DNA of 64,000 nt, from the sequence record OP172791. The stretch is one strand, 5' to 3'. Position numbers and translations under genes: made by a program. The notes below the pieces were generated by a model, which saw only the letters and a list, made by a program, of their open reading frames with translations, was not told the DNA's origin and ran no database searches. How positions within the stretch are numbered: position 1 is the first letter of the stretch; each line of letters opens with the position of its first letter. Below are positions 18,091 to 27,943 of the stretch, in pieces. The DNA is from Escherichia phage ECO340P1.

Positions 18091-18676
18091 ATCAAAACAA
18101 ATCAATATTGCCAAAGAAATTCTTACCGTATTAAAGATCGCTGATCCTAATTCTGTCTTGGCTGGCGGTGCTGTTCGTGATTGGCGTATTCTTGATATTG
18201 CTGGACGTGATCTGGATTTCTATACATCCCTTCCTGCACATCGGACTGAAGAACAAATACAAGGATTAATTGCATCTGCTTTAATGGGAACCAATATTCG
18301 TAAACTAGGAAACAAAGAGGCTTCTGACAATTATGAAGGTGTTACTGGTCTTAAACACGTTTTTGAGTTTGAACGTGATGGTCAGCTTTGCAACCTTATG
18401 ATTATGGAACCAAGCGTAATGACAACCTTTCTAAATGAGTTCGATCTGTCCATCTGCCAGGCTGCATTTGATGGGAAGGATTGTTATTATTCTAAAGATT
18501 TTGAAACAACCTTGGAAACAGGGATCTGCTTCTTGCACAAAGACGTTAGAGAAGATGCCAAACACGTTATTAAAATTGCTACACGTTTCCCATATCTTCG
18601 TTTTGTGAAAGAGGTTAAGGTTCCACGTCCACCTCAAGTAGATACCAGATTGGAAGAAGATGATATTCCTTGGTAA
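18083..18676 (+). CDS. nucleotidyltransferase (Pol-beta superfamily, CCA-adding enzyme head-domain-like)
   Basis: LAGGAVRDW...GRDLDF matches the GGxVRD ... DxD signature of tRNA nucleotidyltransferase / poly(A) polymerase head domains. Confidence 0.55.
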   Translation: MTKSKQINIAKEILTVLKIADPNSVLAGGAVRDWRILDIAGRDLDFYTSLPAHRTEEQIQGLIASALMGTNIRKLGNKEASDNYEGVTGLKHVFEFERDGQLCNLMIMEPSVMTTFLNEFDLSICQAAFDGKDCYYSKDFETTLETGICFLHKDVREDAKHVIKIATRFPYLRFVKEVKVPRPPQVDTRLEEDDIPW

Positions 18677-18703
18677 TTAAAGCTTGACAATATTAAACAT
18701 TTT
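18674..18703 (+). promoter_or_regulatory. sigma70-like promoter (TTGACA-N18-TAGGAT)
   Basis: -35 TTGACA at 18674-18679, -10-like TAGGAT at 18698-18703. Confidence 0.45.
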
Positions 18704-18721
18704 ATGATAGGATAGCATTCA

Positions 18722-19114
18722 ATGACTGAACGTTCTAAGATAGCTGTTGAAACTGTTTATGGAAACTATACCAGTTTGACACTAGTTGAGAAAAATGTTG
18801 TAGGTCTTGACAACTCTTTTTATTTTCAAATTTTGGTTATTCAAGGTGGAAACAAGAAGCTAACTGCTCGTGTTGAAACATCTGAAATAATTGAAACCAC
18901 TGTTACAAACAAAGAATTCATTTCACTGCAAGATACAATCCGAAACGTTATAGACGAAGAAGGCAAAGCTGCCACAATTAAACTCGGAGGTTTCCCAGTG
19001 CAAATAGTTCATTTTCCTAATGGTGAAATTGGAGTTGGAATAGGTAAAGGTAAATACCTGTTAGAGCAAGATGATATGGAAAGACTCCGTTCTTTCTGTG
19101 CAAAATTAATGTAA
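18722..19114 (+). CDS. hypothetical protein
   Basis: 130-aa ORF downstream of the promoter. Confidence 0.45.
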   Translation: MTERSKIAVETVYGNYTSLTLVEKNVVGLDNSFYFQILVIQGGNKKLTARVETSEIIETTVTNKEFISLQDTIRNVIDEEGKAATIKLGGFPVQIVHFPNGEIGVGIGKGKYLLEQDDMERLRSFCAKLM

Positions 19115-19130
19115 TGTAGAGGAGATAATA

Positions 19131-20018
19131 ATGTCCGTAATTAATACTGAAACTGATCGTAAAGGCAAAACCGTAACTTATGCAACTGGTATCGTAGACT
19201 ACGTTAAACTGGATAAATTCGCTGAACCTAAAACTTTTCATTGGGAAGGAAAAACGATTGTTTCAACTCACCGAGCTTCTCTTGTTCTGAAAGAGAAAGG
19301 TGCTAAACCAGATGAGAAAGGTGTTTGGATTTCTCTTGGTGACATTGAACTGAAAGAAGGTTATGAAAACCTGCAAGTCAAAGAAGGTGATAATTGGATC
19401 ACTATTGAAAAAGGTGTAGAAGTAAGTATTGATATTGATCGCGTTGATAATAAAGGCGGTAAAACTTACTACAATACTAAAAAATCTCGTATTACAGTAT
19501 TGTCTACCGATGGTGTTCAGAAGTCTAACAAATCTTCTGGCAATAAAGGTTCCAACGATGCTGCTCCTAAGCAATCCTATAAAAAACGTGATACTGTAGG
19601 TCTGGAAACTGGTCACGCAGTAAATGGTGCACTGGAACTGATTCGTAATGGTGTTAAAGGCGATGCTTTCGATATCGCTGGGGTTGTTCAATCTGCAACT
19701 GTCACGCTGAAATCGGAAATTGCTGAATCTCGTGGCGTTGATATTAATGATTATGATCTTGGGGCATCTGTTGGTCACGCTATTCTTAATGCTTGTAAAG
19801 ACCATACCATTAAGACTGTATCTGTAGAAGATCTGATTGACTCTGCTCGTAAAGTTCTAGCTCTGTCTGATAAAGTTGCTGCTGCCATTCGTGGTTCCGC
19901 AGAACAACCTAAGAAAGAAGAGAAGAAAGAAGTTAAAAAGCCTGAACCACAACCAGAACCAACTCCAAGCAATCAAGAAGAACCTCCAATGGACTTCGAT
20001 GATGATATTCCATTCTGA
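19131..20018 (+). CDS. single-stranded DNA-binding protein with acidic C-terminal tail
   Basis: C-terminus MDFDDDIPF is identical in pattern to the bacterial SSB protein-interaction tail; preceded by a Pro/Glu-rich linker. Confidence 0.6.
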   Translation: MSVINTETDRKGKTVTYATGIVDYVKLDKFAEPKTFHWEGKTIVSTHRASLVLKEKGAKPDEKGVWISLGDIELKEGYENLQVKEGDNWITIEKGVEVSIDIDRVDNKGGKTYYNTKKSRITVLSTDGVQKSNKSSGNKGSNDAAPKQSYKKRDTVGLETGHAVNGALELIRNGVKGDAFDIAGVVQSATVTLKSEIAESRGVDINDYDLGASVGHAILNACKDHTIKTVSVEDLIDSARKVLALSDKVAAAIRGSAEQPKKEEKKEVKKPEPQPEPTPSNQEEPPMDFDDDIPF

Positions 20019-20050
20019 TCTTATTGATTTATAAAGAGTTTTTATAAAAG

Positions 20051-20080
20051 AAAAGGGAACCTTTGCGGGTTCCCTTTTTT
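20051..20080. terminator. bidirectional Rho-independent terminator between convergent early and late blocks
   Basis: AAAA-GGGAACC-tttgcg-GGTTCCC-TTTTTT, with A-tract and T-tract flanks, between the SSB stop (20018) and the tail fibre stop (20082). Confidence 0.7.
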
Positions 20081-20081
20081 A

Positions 20082-22757
20082 TTAGTCGTAATATTTCAAA
20101 CCTGTAATGAACTTCGATCCCCAATCCGCACTTGCGGCGGTGAACGTCAACATCCAAGTTGTAGCTGTACCAGTGAAGACCTCTCGTTGCACAGTACCAT
20201 CAGTGTGGTAAATGTCCACGCCAGTATGTCCATTCTTAGGAATAGTGAAGGTAACAGCACTGGTAGTGTCTCGTGCATAAGAACAAACAAATGGTGTCCC
20301 CGCCCAAACTGGATTTGTCATATCACCCATCTCAAGCTGTGGAACCCAAGCAATAAGACCTGCCGTACCATCTCCTGCGAAAGTGTCTGATCCACTTGCA
20401 TTCAAAGCTATAATCTCATAGGTTATAGATGCTTGTTTGGCAACTGTCACTTTGTGTAGAATTACACGATACCAACCGTTCCCCATATCGATTATGTTTG
20501 CATCTGCACCTGTAAATGTTCCAGCTACAAGATCATAAGTCCCTTCGTTAATCTCATCTCCTGAAGTCAATTTGAGTTTCACTTTAGTGATCCCGTCTGG
20601 CTTCAAGAATACGGATGCCGCCCAGTGCTTACCTGCTGTAATATCAGAAGCTGTATTCACTGCTGATAAAATATGTTGTCCTGAAGTTGTAGAAGGTGTT
20701 AACTTGTAAGTGTTAGCCGTAGTTCCAACCGGAGAGTTGATTGTTGATGCTGTGACTGTCAAGTTCGTCTTCAACCACGGGGAAGCTGTTGTCAAGTTAT
20801 TGTTGATAAAGATATGTGTACGGTTGGCTGCTACAACACGTCTACCTTGTGGAGTTGTACCAACATATTCTAAAGGTGCTACGGGAGCAGAACTCTCTGT
20901 AGGTACAAGGATATCTCCAGAAGCCCTGGCATAACGGTTACTCCTGTTGACCTTTACATCCGCCGGAATAGTTTCTTGCGTCAAATCATAGTCCATCACA
21001 ATGACCACAGCATTCACTGTGAGATAAGAACTATCTTCGGCAGTTACCACACCTTGATAAGTTGCTCTACAACCGATACGACAACCTCCATCAGCAACCG
21101 CTGTAATAACGCCTGTAACGGGGTCAACTGTTGCTACCGTAGGGTCATTAGAGAAATACTCAACAACCACACCAGGTAAGCTTGCTGCTCCTGTTGGCGT
21201 TATTTCTGCTACCATTGTTTGTGTTGTTCCTACATCCATCGCAGATAAGCTAGGAGTGTAAACGCTCAATGTTGAAGCATATCCTCCAGAGGTATCTGAT
21301 AAAGTTGTTCCTTCAGCGTTTAAGGCTGTCATACCTGCATCAAAACCACCTTCTGCATGGAAAGTCATTAAACCAGTAGATGATATTGTCATGTTTGCAG
21401 GGGCAGAAGAAGTGTATTTAATATTGAAAAGTTTACCTCCTTCTGGGCTAACAGAATGTGTCAACTGTTTAGTTCCACCTACAATACAAATTCCTAAAGA
21501 ATCTGTAGTTAAGCCAGTTGCCAGAATATCACCCGTAATCACGGAGCTTGCTATTGGTGTGAATTTATTATAGTTTAGACCACTATTGAACAGATACGAG
21601 GCTTTCCCATCTTTCCAAATACCGGAATAATACATATCCCCGTTATAAACGAAAAAGGTTCCTTGATAACCTAATTGGTTAGTAATATCCATATTCAGCG
21701 TATGAACGCTTGTGAGCTTGTTTATATCCCAGGAACCCACTCCTTCAGGTTTAACTGGTTTTCCCACTTGGAGTGGATCTCCGCTCGCAGAATCATACCC
21801 CAAACCTAAGTTTGCAGTGTAGTTCTTACCAATAGCCCACAAGGAATTGTTGATCCCAACGAAAAAAGAGTGGCGGCTTGGTGGAAATTTCCATGTTGAG
21901 AAACCTGCTGCAAAGGTATCCAGTTTAGTGTAGGTTGTTTCTGTATTAGACCTGACATATAAGTAGTTTACCGTGCCCGTACCACCGGAGGTATCTCCTA
22001 CAACTATTGTCTGGGAAACTGTATTGATGTAATCTTTGACATACACTGTTTCAGTAGCGGATATCGTGGCATTGACAAAAGCGGTTGTTGTGTTATTATT
22101 ACCTGCTAAACCTTTACTAGCTCCACAAACACGCAAGGTTCCCACATTGTTGACATAAGAGCATTGGTTGTAACCTGCATCAAAAGCAACTGCTGAACTT
22201 GTTATCTGACGAGGAGTAGAAACTTCGTTAGTAGTGCTTGCACCTAAACTACCTACTGTGTTTTGACCCGATCCATAAAGAACACCACTATTCATTAACC
22301 AGAGAGTATTGTTATACCCTCCTTTAACCTCTTTAAGATTGGCTAAAGAAATAGTCCCTGTTATTACAGATGGAAAGCTGGTCCAAGTAGTTACACATGC
22401 ATCCGTACCACCTGCTGCTATAGATCCTACCAACCCTGCTGTCAATCCTGAATATTGCCATCCCCCACTGTTAGTTTTAATAACAAAACAACGATCTGCG
22501 GTAAACACATCCGCTACTACAGTAGAAGCTAAGTGGAAATTATTGAATCGTGCACTACGAGTTCCATCTGCAATCTCACCAAAGAGGTTTGCGCCTTGAG
22601 TAAACAATCTACCATCATTAAGCAAAATTGCCAAACTGCTGTTAGAATTACCAGCGTTATCTGGGTAATCTAAAGTAATTACTTTTTTAACAATACCTGC
22701 TGGCAGAGGAACGACACCAGTGCTGGTCATAATAGTAAATATTGGAATTGGAAACAT
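20082..22757 (-). CDS. tail fibre / receptor-binding protein
   Basis: 891 aa, Gly/Thr/Ser/Asn-rich beta-type composition; last gene of the tail fibre block. Confidence 0.6.
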   Translation of the reverse strand: MFPIPIFTIMTSTGVVPLPAGIVKKVITLDYPDNAGNSNSSLAILLNDGRLFTQGANLFGEIADGTRSARFNNFHLASTVVADVFTADRCFVIKTNSGGWQYSGLTAGLVGSIAAGGTDACVTTWTSFPSVITGTISLANLKEVKGGYNNTLWLMNSGVLYGSGQNTVGSLGASTTNEVSTPRQITSSAVAFDAGYNQCSYVNNVGTLRVCGASKGLAGNNNTTTAFVNATISATETVYVKDYINTVSQTIVVGDTSGGTGTVNYLYVRSNTETTYTKLDTFAAGFSTWKFPPSRHSFFVGINNSLWAIGKNYTANLGLGYDSASGDPLQVGKPVKPEGVGSWDINKLTSVHTLNMDITNQLGYQGTFFVYNGDMYYSGIWKDGKASYLFNSGLNYNKFTPIASSVITGDILATGLTTDSLGICIVGGTKQLTHSVSPEGGKLFNIKYTSSAPANMTISSTGLMTFHAEGGFDAGMTALNAEGTTLSDTSGGYASTLSVYTPSLSAMDVGTTQTMVAEITPTGAASLPGVVVEYFSNDPTVATVDPVTGVITAVADGGCRIGCRATYQGVVTAEDSSYLTVNAVVIVMDYDLTQETIPADVKVNRSNRYARASGDILVPTESSAPVAPLEYVGTTPQGRRVVAANRTHIFINNNLTTASPWLKTNLTVTASTINSPVGTTANTYKLTPSTTSGQHILSAVNTASDITAGKHWAASVFLKPDGITKVKLKLTSGDEINEGTYDLVAGTFTGADANIIDMGNGWYRVILHKVTVAKQASITYEIIALNASGSDTFAGDGTAGLIAWVPQLEMGDMTNPVWAGTPFVCSYARDTTSAVTFTIPKNGHTGVDIYHTDGTVQREVFTGTATTWMLTFTAASADWGSKFITGLKYYD

Positions 22758-22767
22758 TTAAACCCTC

Positions 22768-22795
22768 CATAAAAAGAAAGCCCCTTTCGGGGCTT
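22768..22795 (-). terminator. Rho-independent terminator after the collagen-like fibre gene
   Basis: Minus-strand hairpin AAGCCCC-gaaa-GGGGCTT followed by TTCTTTTTAT. Confidence 0.6.
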
Positions 22796-22798
22796 CTG

Positions 22799-24823
22799 TT
22801 ATCGTGTTACAACAACCATGTCCACGATATTACCCACACCAGGATACGTTAATTGCAAAATTGTTACTGCGTTAGCAGTAGTTGCTATTTCTGTATCATT
22901 CAGTGCTCCATAAGACGCATCTAGTGTAACCGTGTGTCCCGTTGTATCTTGAATCAAATAAATCATTGCTGAAAATGCTTTAGGTTTTGTAGATCCAGTG
23001 ACACCAGGCCATGCTCCAACTGTCAGAGCGTCAGTTACTGTAACAACATACATATTGGAAGTTCCAGAAGGAGTCCAAGATGCTCCAGAGTTGGCAGTAG
23101 TTGTTTCAAGTTCCATGAAACCTGCTGTAACTTTAGTTGGTGTTATAGCTTCTGTAGGATCTGATCCTGATATTTCGATCCAGTTCCCATCAGAACGACC
23201 ATACGTCAAGCCGTCTTGAGGTGCTTCTGGTATACTAGGAAGAGTTCCTATAAGTGTCCACGTAGAAGAATCTGTTTTCTTGAACACTGCTCCAGTGGTA
23301 GTATTGAAGGCGTAATCATTGATAACACCATCTCCTGCGACTGGATTAGTTGTTGCTACAAACCACTGTGCGCCGTCCTTACCGTTGGTCCCATCTGTAC
23401 CGTTGGTTCCGTTTGTTCCAGGATCACCCTTATCTCCTTTATCCCCTTTTTCACCTTTGTCGCCTTTAATACTTCCCATGTCAACAAAAGATGCGGAATT
23501 GGTGTCTTGATCGTAGGTATAGATATAAAGATTACTAGTATCTTCAGTTAAGTAGGCATCACCATAGTTATTATAAACAGGGAGAGCTTCACTGTTCGGA
23601 ACATGACCTTTAGCTGTAATTGATGTTCCTCCAAGACTGCCAACATTCATCCATTCTGTAGCATCTTGAACCCAAACATACAAATCATTATTAATTTTAT
23701 ATGCATCACCTACTTCTCCAGTAGGAGGAAGTTCAGCTTCACTGTTCAGAACCCCGATAATCTCTAAGCCTGATCCTGTTGCACCCACTGGTCCTTGTGG
23801 ACCTAGTTCACCTTGTGGACCTCGCTCTCCTTGATCACCCTTGTCTCCTTTTGGACCTTTAAGTGAGTCAATAAAATCTACTTCTGTCCCTTCATTACCA
23901 GCATCCAGCCAACTTTGATATGCAGATTTCCCTTCATCTCCATCTGTTCCATCAAGACCGTCTTTACCTGCCTCACCTTGTGGACCTTGAGGACCAACAA
24001 TATTACCCATGTTGACCCAAGCTGTCCCATTAGAGACATAAAGATTACCATTGATAGAATAAGCTTGGCTTACGTTTTCAGAGTTAGGTTGTGGTAAGTT
24101 ACTTGTAGAAGGTAAATCCCCACGATAATCAAAACCGTTGGCGTTAACACCAGGTGCTCCCTGTGGCCCTGTAGGACCAACATCACCTTTATCACCTTTT
24201 ATAGAGGTAAGAAAGTCATAAACAGATCCTGTATTACCATCTGCCAACCATACCTCATAAGCTGATTTCCCTTCTGGTCCAAGAGAAGAAATAAGTTTCC
24301 AAACAGAACCATCCCAAGCATAGATTACATCGCCTACGATATAACCGTCCCCTGCAACGTTACCTGTAGATGGTAGCTCACTAGTGCTTGCTAATGATCC
24401 TTTAATATTAAGTTGAGCACCAGTATCTCCTTTCAAAGAAGCAAGCCATTGTGCTTCTGTTCCAACAAAACCATTATCAAGTGCGATCTGATAAGCTGAT
24501 TTACCAGCTTCAGGTATTGTTTCCGACAGATCATCGATCTGTTGCTGCACTGCCGTAAACTTGGCATTGATAATTGCTATATCATCAGCGGTCCCAACAT
24601 TTTGCCATGCAAGGGAAGAAATACCACCTGTGGTGGCTGGTGTAGAGTTTGCTGGAACTACTTTAGGAAAAGTTCCTTTCCATTGGTAATAATTCCCTTC
24701 TGCTGCTAACAGCAAAACTTCACGGGAATTACGTAATGTAAAACCTGCCTCAAAACTGCGACGTTTTCGATAAGTAGCTTCTACCAGATCGGCTATCGCA
24801 CTATTAGGTCTTGTTAAATTCAT
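22799..24823 (-). CDS. tail fibre protein with collagen-like Gly-X-Y repeats
   Basis: Several runs such as GDKGDVGPTGPQGAPG and KGDKGEKGDKGDKGDPGTNGTNGTDG, interspersed with repeated GKSAY modules. Confidence 0.65.
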   Translation of the reverse strand: MNLTRPNSAIADLVEATYRKRRSFEAGFTLRNSREVLLLAAEGNYYQWKGTFPKVVPANSTPATTGGISSLAWQNVGTADDIAIINAKFTAVQQQIDDLSETIPEAGKSAYQIALDNGFVGTEAQWLASLKGDTGAQLNIKGSLASTSELPSTGNVAGDGYIVGDVIYAWDGSVWKLISSLGPEGKSAYEVWLADGNTGSVYDFLTSIKGDKGDVGPTGPQGAPGVNANGFDYRGDLPSTSNLPQPNSENVSQAYSINGNLYVSNGTAWVNMGNIVGPQGPQGEAGKDGLDGTDGDEGKSAYQSWLDAGNEGTEVDFIDSLKGPKGDKGDQGERGPQGELGPQGPVGATGSGLEIIGVLNSEAELPPTGEVGDAYKINNDLYVWVQDATEWMNVGSLGGTSITAKGHVPNSEALPVYNNYGDAYLTEDTSNLYIYTYDQDTNSASFVDMGSIKGDKGEKGDKGDKGDPGTNGTNGTDGTNGKDGAQWFVATTNPVAGDGVINDYAFNTTTGAVFKKTDSSTWTLIGTLPSIPEAPQDGLTYGRSDGNWIEISGSDPTEAITPTKVTAGFMELETTTANSGASWTPSGTSNMYVVTVTDALTVGAWPGVTGSTKPKAFSAMIYLIQDTTGHTVTLDASYGALNDTEIATTANAVTILQLTYPGVGNIVDMVVVTR

Positions 24824-24857
24824 TTATCTCTCCTATCATTAGACCATTCTATTGGAA

Positions 24858-24882
24858 GAAGAGGGGGAATCCCCCCCTCTAT
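24858..24882 (-). terminator. GC-rich hairpin after the tailspike gene
   Basis: AGAGGGGG / CCCCCTCT stem; weak T-tract. Confidence 0.45.
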
Positions 24883-24886
24883 TCCA

Positions 24887-27800
24887 TTAGGTTGTTGGCA
24901 CATCTACTACTGGCGTTGGGCGAATAACTGCAGTATTACCTACAGAAACATTACTGGAATCATTAGGTATGGTTTTAATTCTAACTCCAGCACTTGTAGG
25001 CGTTACAATTGGATCTGCAATGTCTATTTTAACTGGGTTAGTCCACGTATCATTATCTTGATAAGGTGCACGAGTAATAACTGTGTCCAAATCTGCTCCA
25101 CCTACGCCAGCACCAGGAATACGGATACGTGTCCCTGCTGACAGAGGGTAATGATACAACCAAGAAGCATTTGTTGCTGTCCCGTTAGGAGTCAAGTTCT
25201 GTGTCAGGAAGGTATCTCCTGCCTGTGTAGCTCGAATACCGAAAGCTGGGATATCTGGAATATATGCCCCACTTGTTGTTACAAGGAAGAACGTATTATC
25301 CGCCTTGACTATCATATCACCTTTGTCAAACTCTTTCCCTGTTGGGAAATGCATTCCATCAATGTTTCGACTAGGATTAGGCTCTAAGTAATAAACTTTG
25401 CCCGTTGTCCCTACAATAGCTCCAATACCACCTGCGATATTGGTATACATATTAGCTTCAACATTACAGTTGACACGATGAATATCCGAGTAACGGCAAC
25501 GGCTCCACTGTGGACGACCAGTAACCATCGTCTTGCCATCTGGGTAACAGTTTACGTTAACCATTTCAAGAACAGATTTTTCTCTACGGAAGAATCCATC
25601 ATAAAATGTCCCTGGACCAGATTCAGGTTGACCAACACAATCGAAGATATTACAGGTGATGTTAGACATTGAAAGCCAAGAAGCTATACCGAACAACTGC
25701 AATGCAGCGCAACGAATATTTTCAAAGCTAACTCTGTTTTCATAACCTGGCCCAGCGGAAACTCCCGCAAAAACACGCCCAGTTTTGGTGTGAATGTTAC
25801 GAACAGAATAGTTAAAACATGGATTTGAAGGTCTGCCCTGTGCCGGAACTACCGGATTACCCTCTTCGTCCAGAACTGCGTTAGTTCCCCACTCCAAATA
25901 AATCATACGGATATTACTTGCAAGTGTGCTACCGTCTGTTTTAGGCTCTCCATAAACACCGTCAATCGTAAAATCTTTACTTCCGTACATTACAACTGCG
26001 CCAGTTGCCAAACCTGTCCCAACAGATACAGTCTGATCTGGATCGCCATGAATGTTTTCGATAGAGATATTACGACCAACTTCTACGTGGACAATCTGAC
26101 GACAACGTTTTGCAAAAACGTTACGAATTGTAATATTCTTGCAATATTGATCATCAGGGATTCCGTAACCATATGGTCCTTTACCAGCTACACCGATACC
26201 GATACCCCAGTTGGACAGAGGAATAGGAGCGTTAGTCCCATCGATATTAGACAGGTAAATATTCTCAATCACACAACCATCGTCATAATGTTTATTGATG
26301 ACGTTCAGTTCTATTGCATCACCTTGCATGTCCATGAAGGTAAGGTTACGGAAGACACCACGTGTTACTGGTTCCCCTGTTCCTTGTTGAAGGATGCCAT
26401 ACAACCCGTTTTTAAAAGTACAGTTATCAATTTCAAAAGTACCTGATATTGGGTTGCCTTGGAATACCAAGCTACCAACTTGACCTGCGCGAGGAGCACC
26501 GTCCCACAAACAATCGAACATGCGCACAGCACCACCCCAATACATAACACGAGAGTTACGGAAAGTTGTGCCTTCTACTGTAGCATTTTGCACACGATAG
26601 TCGCGTTGACCACGGAACACACCCCCACGCAAAGTGATACCTTGAATATCAAAAGAGCTTGTCGTGAAAGTCATATCGCAACCGTAAGCATCGAGAATCT
26701 TGCTTTTCGAAGATTTTGCTGCTAACAGTGCCGCTTGGAAAGCTGCTTCTGGTGTGGTATAGGTAGTTGTATTGTTAGCAAATTCGGACAAGTAGACAAC
26801 ATCGAATAAATCGTTGTATGTTCCACCACGAGGGGTTAACAGTCCTTCTGTATTAGTCAGAACCCATGCATTTGGACCTAATCCTCCGCTCGTCTCCAAG
26901 GTATCGGAAGCCAAAATACTTTTTGGTAAACTTCCAGCCCAACGATAACGACCAGCGCCACGTCCAATCGTCTGATTTTTAGCTGTCAGAGTTACATTAT
27001 TACCAAAGCTTGTAGGCAAATGAACAAACTGTCCACGCTCAACAGCCAGTGCAGAAAGGTCTACAGATCCTCCAGAATAAGTCATTACTCCAGAAACAGA
27101 CAAGGATGTTAAAGTGCCTGTAATGTTAGGAGGTAATGTGTAGGAAGACTGCGCTACCGGATCATACAGAGCTTTAATCCCTGTTAACGATTGACCTGCT
27201 GTTGCGTAAGCCACCTCATCATCTAACAAACCATACTTACGAGCAATAGTTTGCAGAGGGACTTTATCCATGCTTTCTGTTAGTTCTTCCGTTTTTGTTT
27301 CTAAACTAACAAGACGGTTCTCTAGATTAGGATCTGTATCTGCTGAAGCTACGATTTTGCCAATATAAGCAAAAAGTTTGTTTGGCAGTCCTGTTGCAGG
27401 ATCGTGTCCCAAAGGTTCAGATAAGATGATCTTACTATCTTCTATACGGAAAGCTTCCCCCAGAACCTGAATAACACCATTGATCGTAACAATAGCACTA
27501 TCAAAGATGTAAGGAGGACTAATTACTGTTTCATAACCAGTTGCACCAGAATATACCCAAGGGGTGACTTCTGTTGCCAATTGTTCTGTCTTCAGTCCCC
27601 ACAATACCCAGTTGTTATCTCCTACTGGAGTCCCTTGCATAGGGATTGGGTTAACCAATGTAGCGTTAGGGGCATAGTAATAACCGCTCAATACTCCATT
27701 CTGGAAATAACGAAGTTGGTTAAAAACTGTTTCGTTTGTGCCTTGCGCCCAATCCAATGGGCTTTTAAAGAAAAAGTTGTCAACAAGGGCTTTTCTCAGG

Positions 27801-27940
27801 GTTGGTATCAACCCTGATTCTGTTTCAATACTCTCTGTAGCACTTCCATTAATAACATCATGGAGTTGGTTAGATGAGAAAATAACCAGGTCTACGCCCT
27901 GTTCGAGAGACGTTGCTGGATATGTTGGGAATGTTGCCAT
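24887..27940 (-). CDS. tailspike protein, probable right-handed beta-helix depolymerase
   Basis: 1017 aa; central region has periodic N/G/V/I-rich repeats (NITIRNV, NISIENI, NIRMIYLE) typical of parallel beta-helix tailspikes. Confidence 0.55.
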   Translation of the reverse strand: MATFPTYPATSLEQGVDLVIFSSNQLHDVINGSATESIETESGLIPTLRKALVDNFFFKSPLDWAQGTNETVFNQLRYFQNGVLSGYYYAPNATLVNPIPMQGTPVGDNNWVLWGLKTEQLATEVTPWVYSGATGYETVISPPYIFDSAIVTINGVIQVLGEAFRIEDSKIILSEPLGHDPATGLPNKLFAYIGKIVASADTDPNLENRLVSLETKTEELTESMDKVPLQTIARKYGLLDDEVAYATAGQSLTGIKALYDPVAQSSYTLPPNITGTLTSLSVSGVMTYSGGSVDLSALAVERGQFVHLPTSFGNNVTLTAKNQTIGRGAGRYRWAGSLPKSILASDTLETSGGLGPNAWVLTNTEGLLTPRGGTYNDLFDVVYLSEFANNTTTYTTPEAAFQAALLAAKSSKSKILDAYGCDMTFTTSSFDIQGITLRGGVFRGQRDYRVQNATVEGTTFRNSRVMYWGGAVRMFDCLWDGAPRAGQVGSLVFQGNPISGTFEIDNCTFKNGLYGILQQGTGEPVTRGVFRNLTFMDMQGDAIELNVINKHYDDGCVIENIYLSNIDGTNAPIPLSNWGIGIGVAGKGPYGYGIPDDQYCKNITIRNVFAKRCRQIVHVEVGRNISIENIHGDPDQTVSVGTGLATGAVVMYGSKDFTIDGVYGEPKTDGSTLASNIRMIYLEWGTNAVLDEEGNPVVPAQGRPSNPCFNYSVRNIHTKTGRVFAGVSAGPGYENRVSFENIRCAALQLFGIASWLSMSNITCNIFDCVGQPESGPGTFYDGFFRREKSVLEMVNVNCYPDGKTMVTGRPQWSRCRYSDIHRVNCNVEANMYTNIAGGIGAIVGTTGKVYYLEPNPSRNIDGMHFPTGKEFDKGDMIVKADNTFFLVTTSGAYIPDIPAFGIRATQAGDTFLTQNLTPNGTATNASWLYHYPLSAGTRIRIPGAGVGGADLDTVITRAPYQDNDTWTNPVKIDIADPIVTPTSAGVRIKTIPNDSSNVSVGNTAVIRPTPVVDVPTT

Positions 27941-27943
27941 TAA

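Noticed and set aside
22799-24823. Possible CRISPR-like or tandem DNA repeat array
   Set aside because: The periodicity comes from collagen-like Gly-X-Y codons inside a long ORF; no repeat-spacer structure
26048-26446. 132-aa plus-strand ORF
   Set aside because: Antisense inside the tailspike gene with no start context; a shadow ORF
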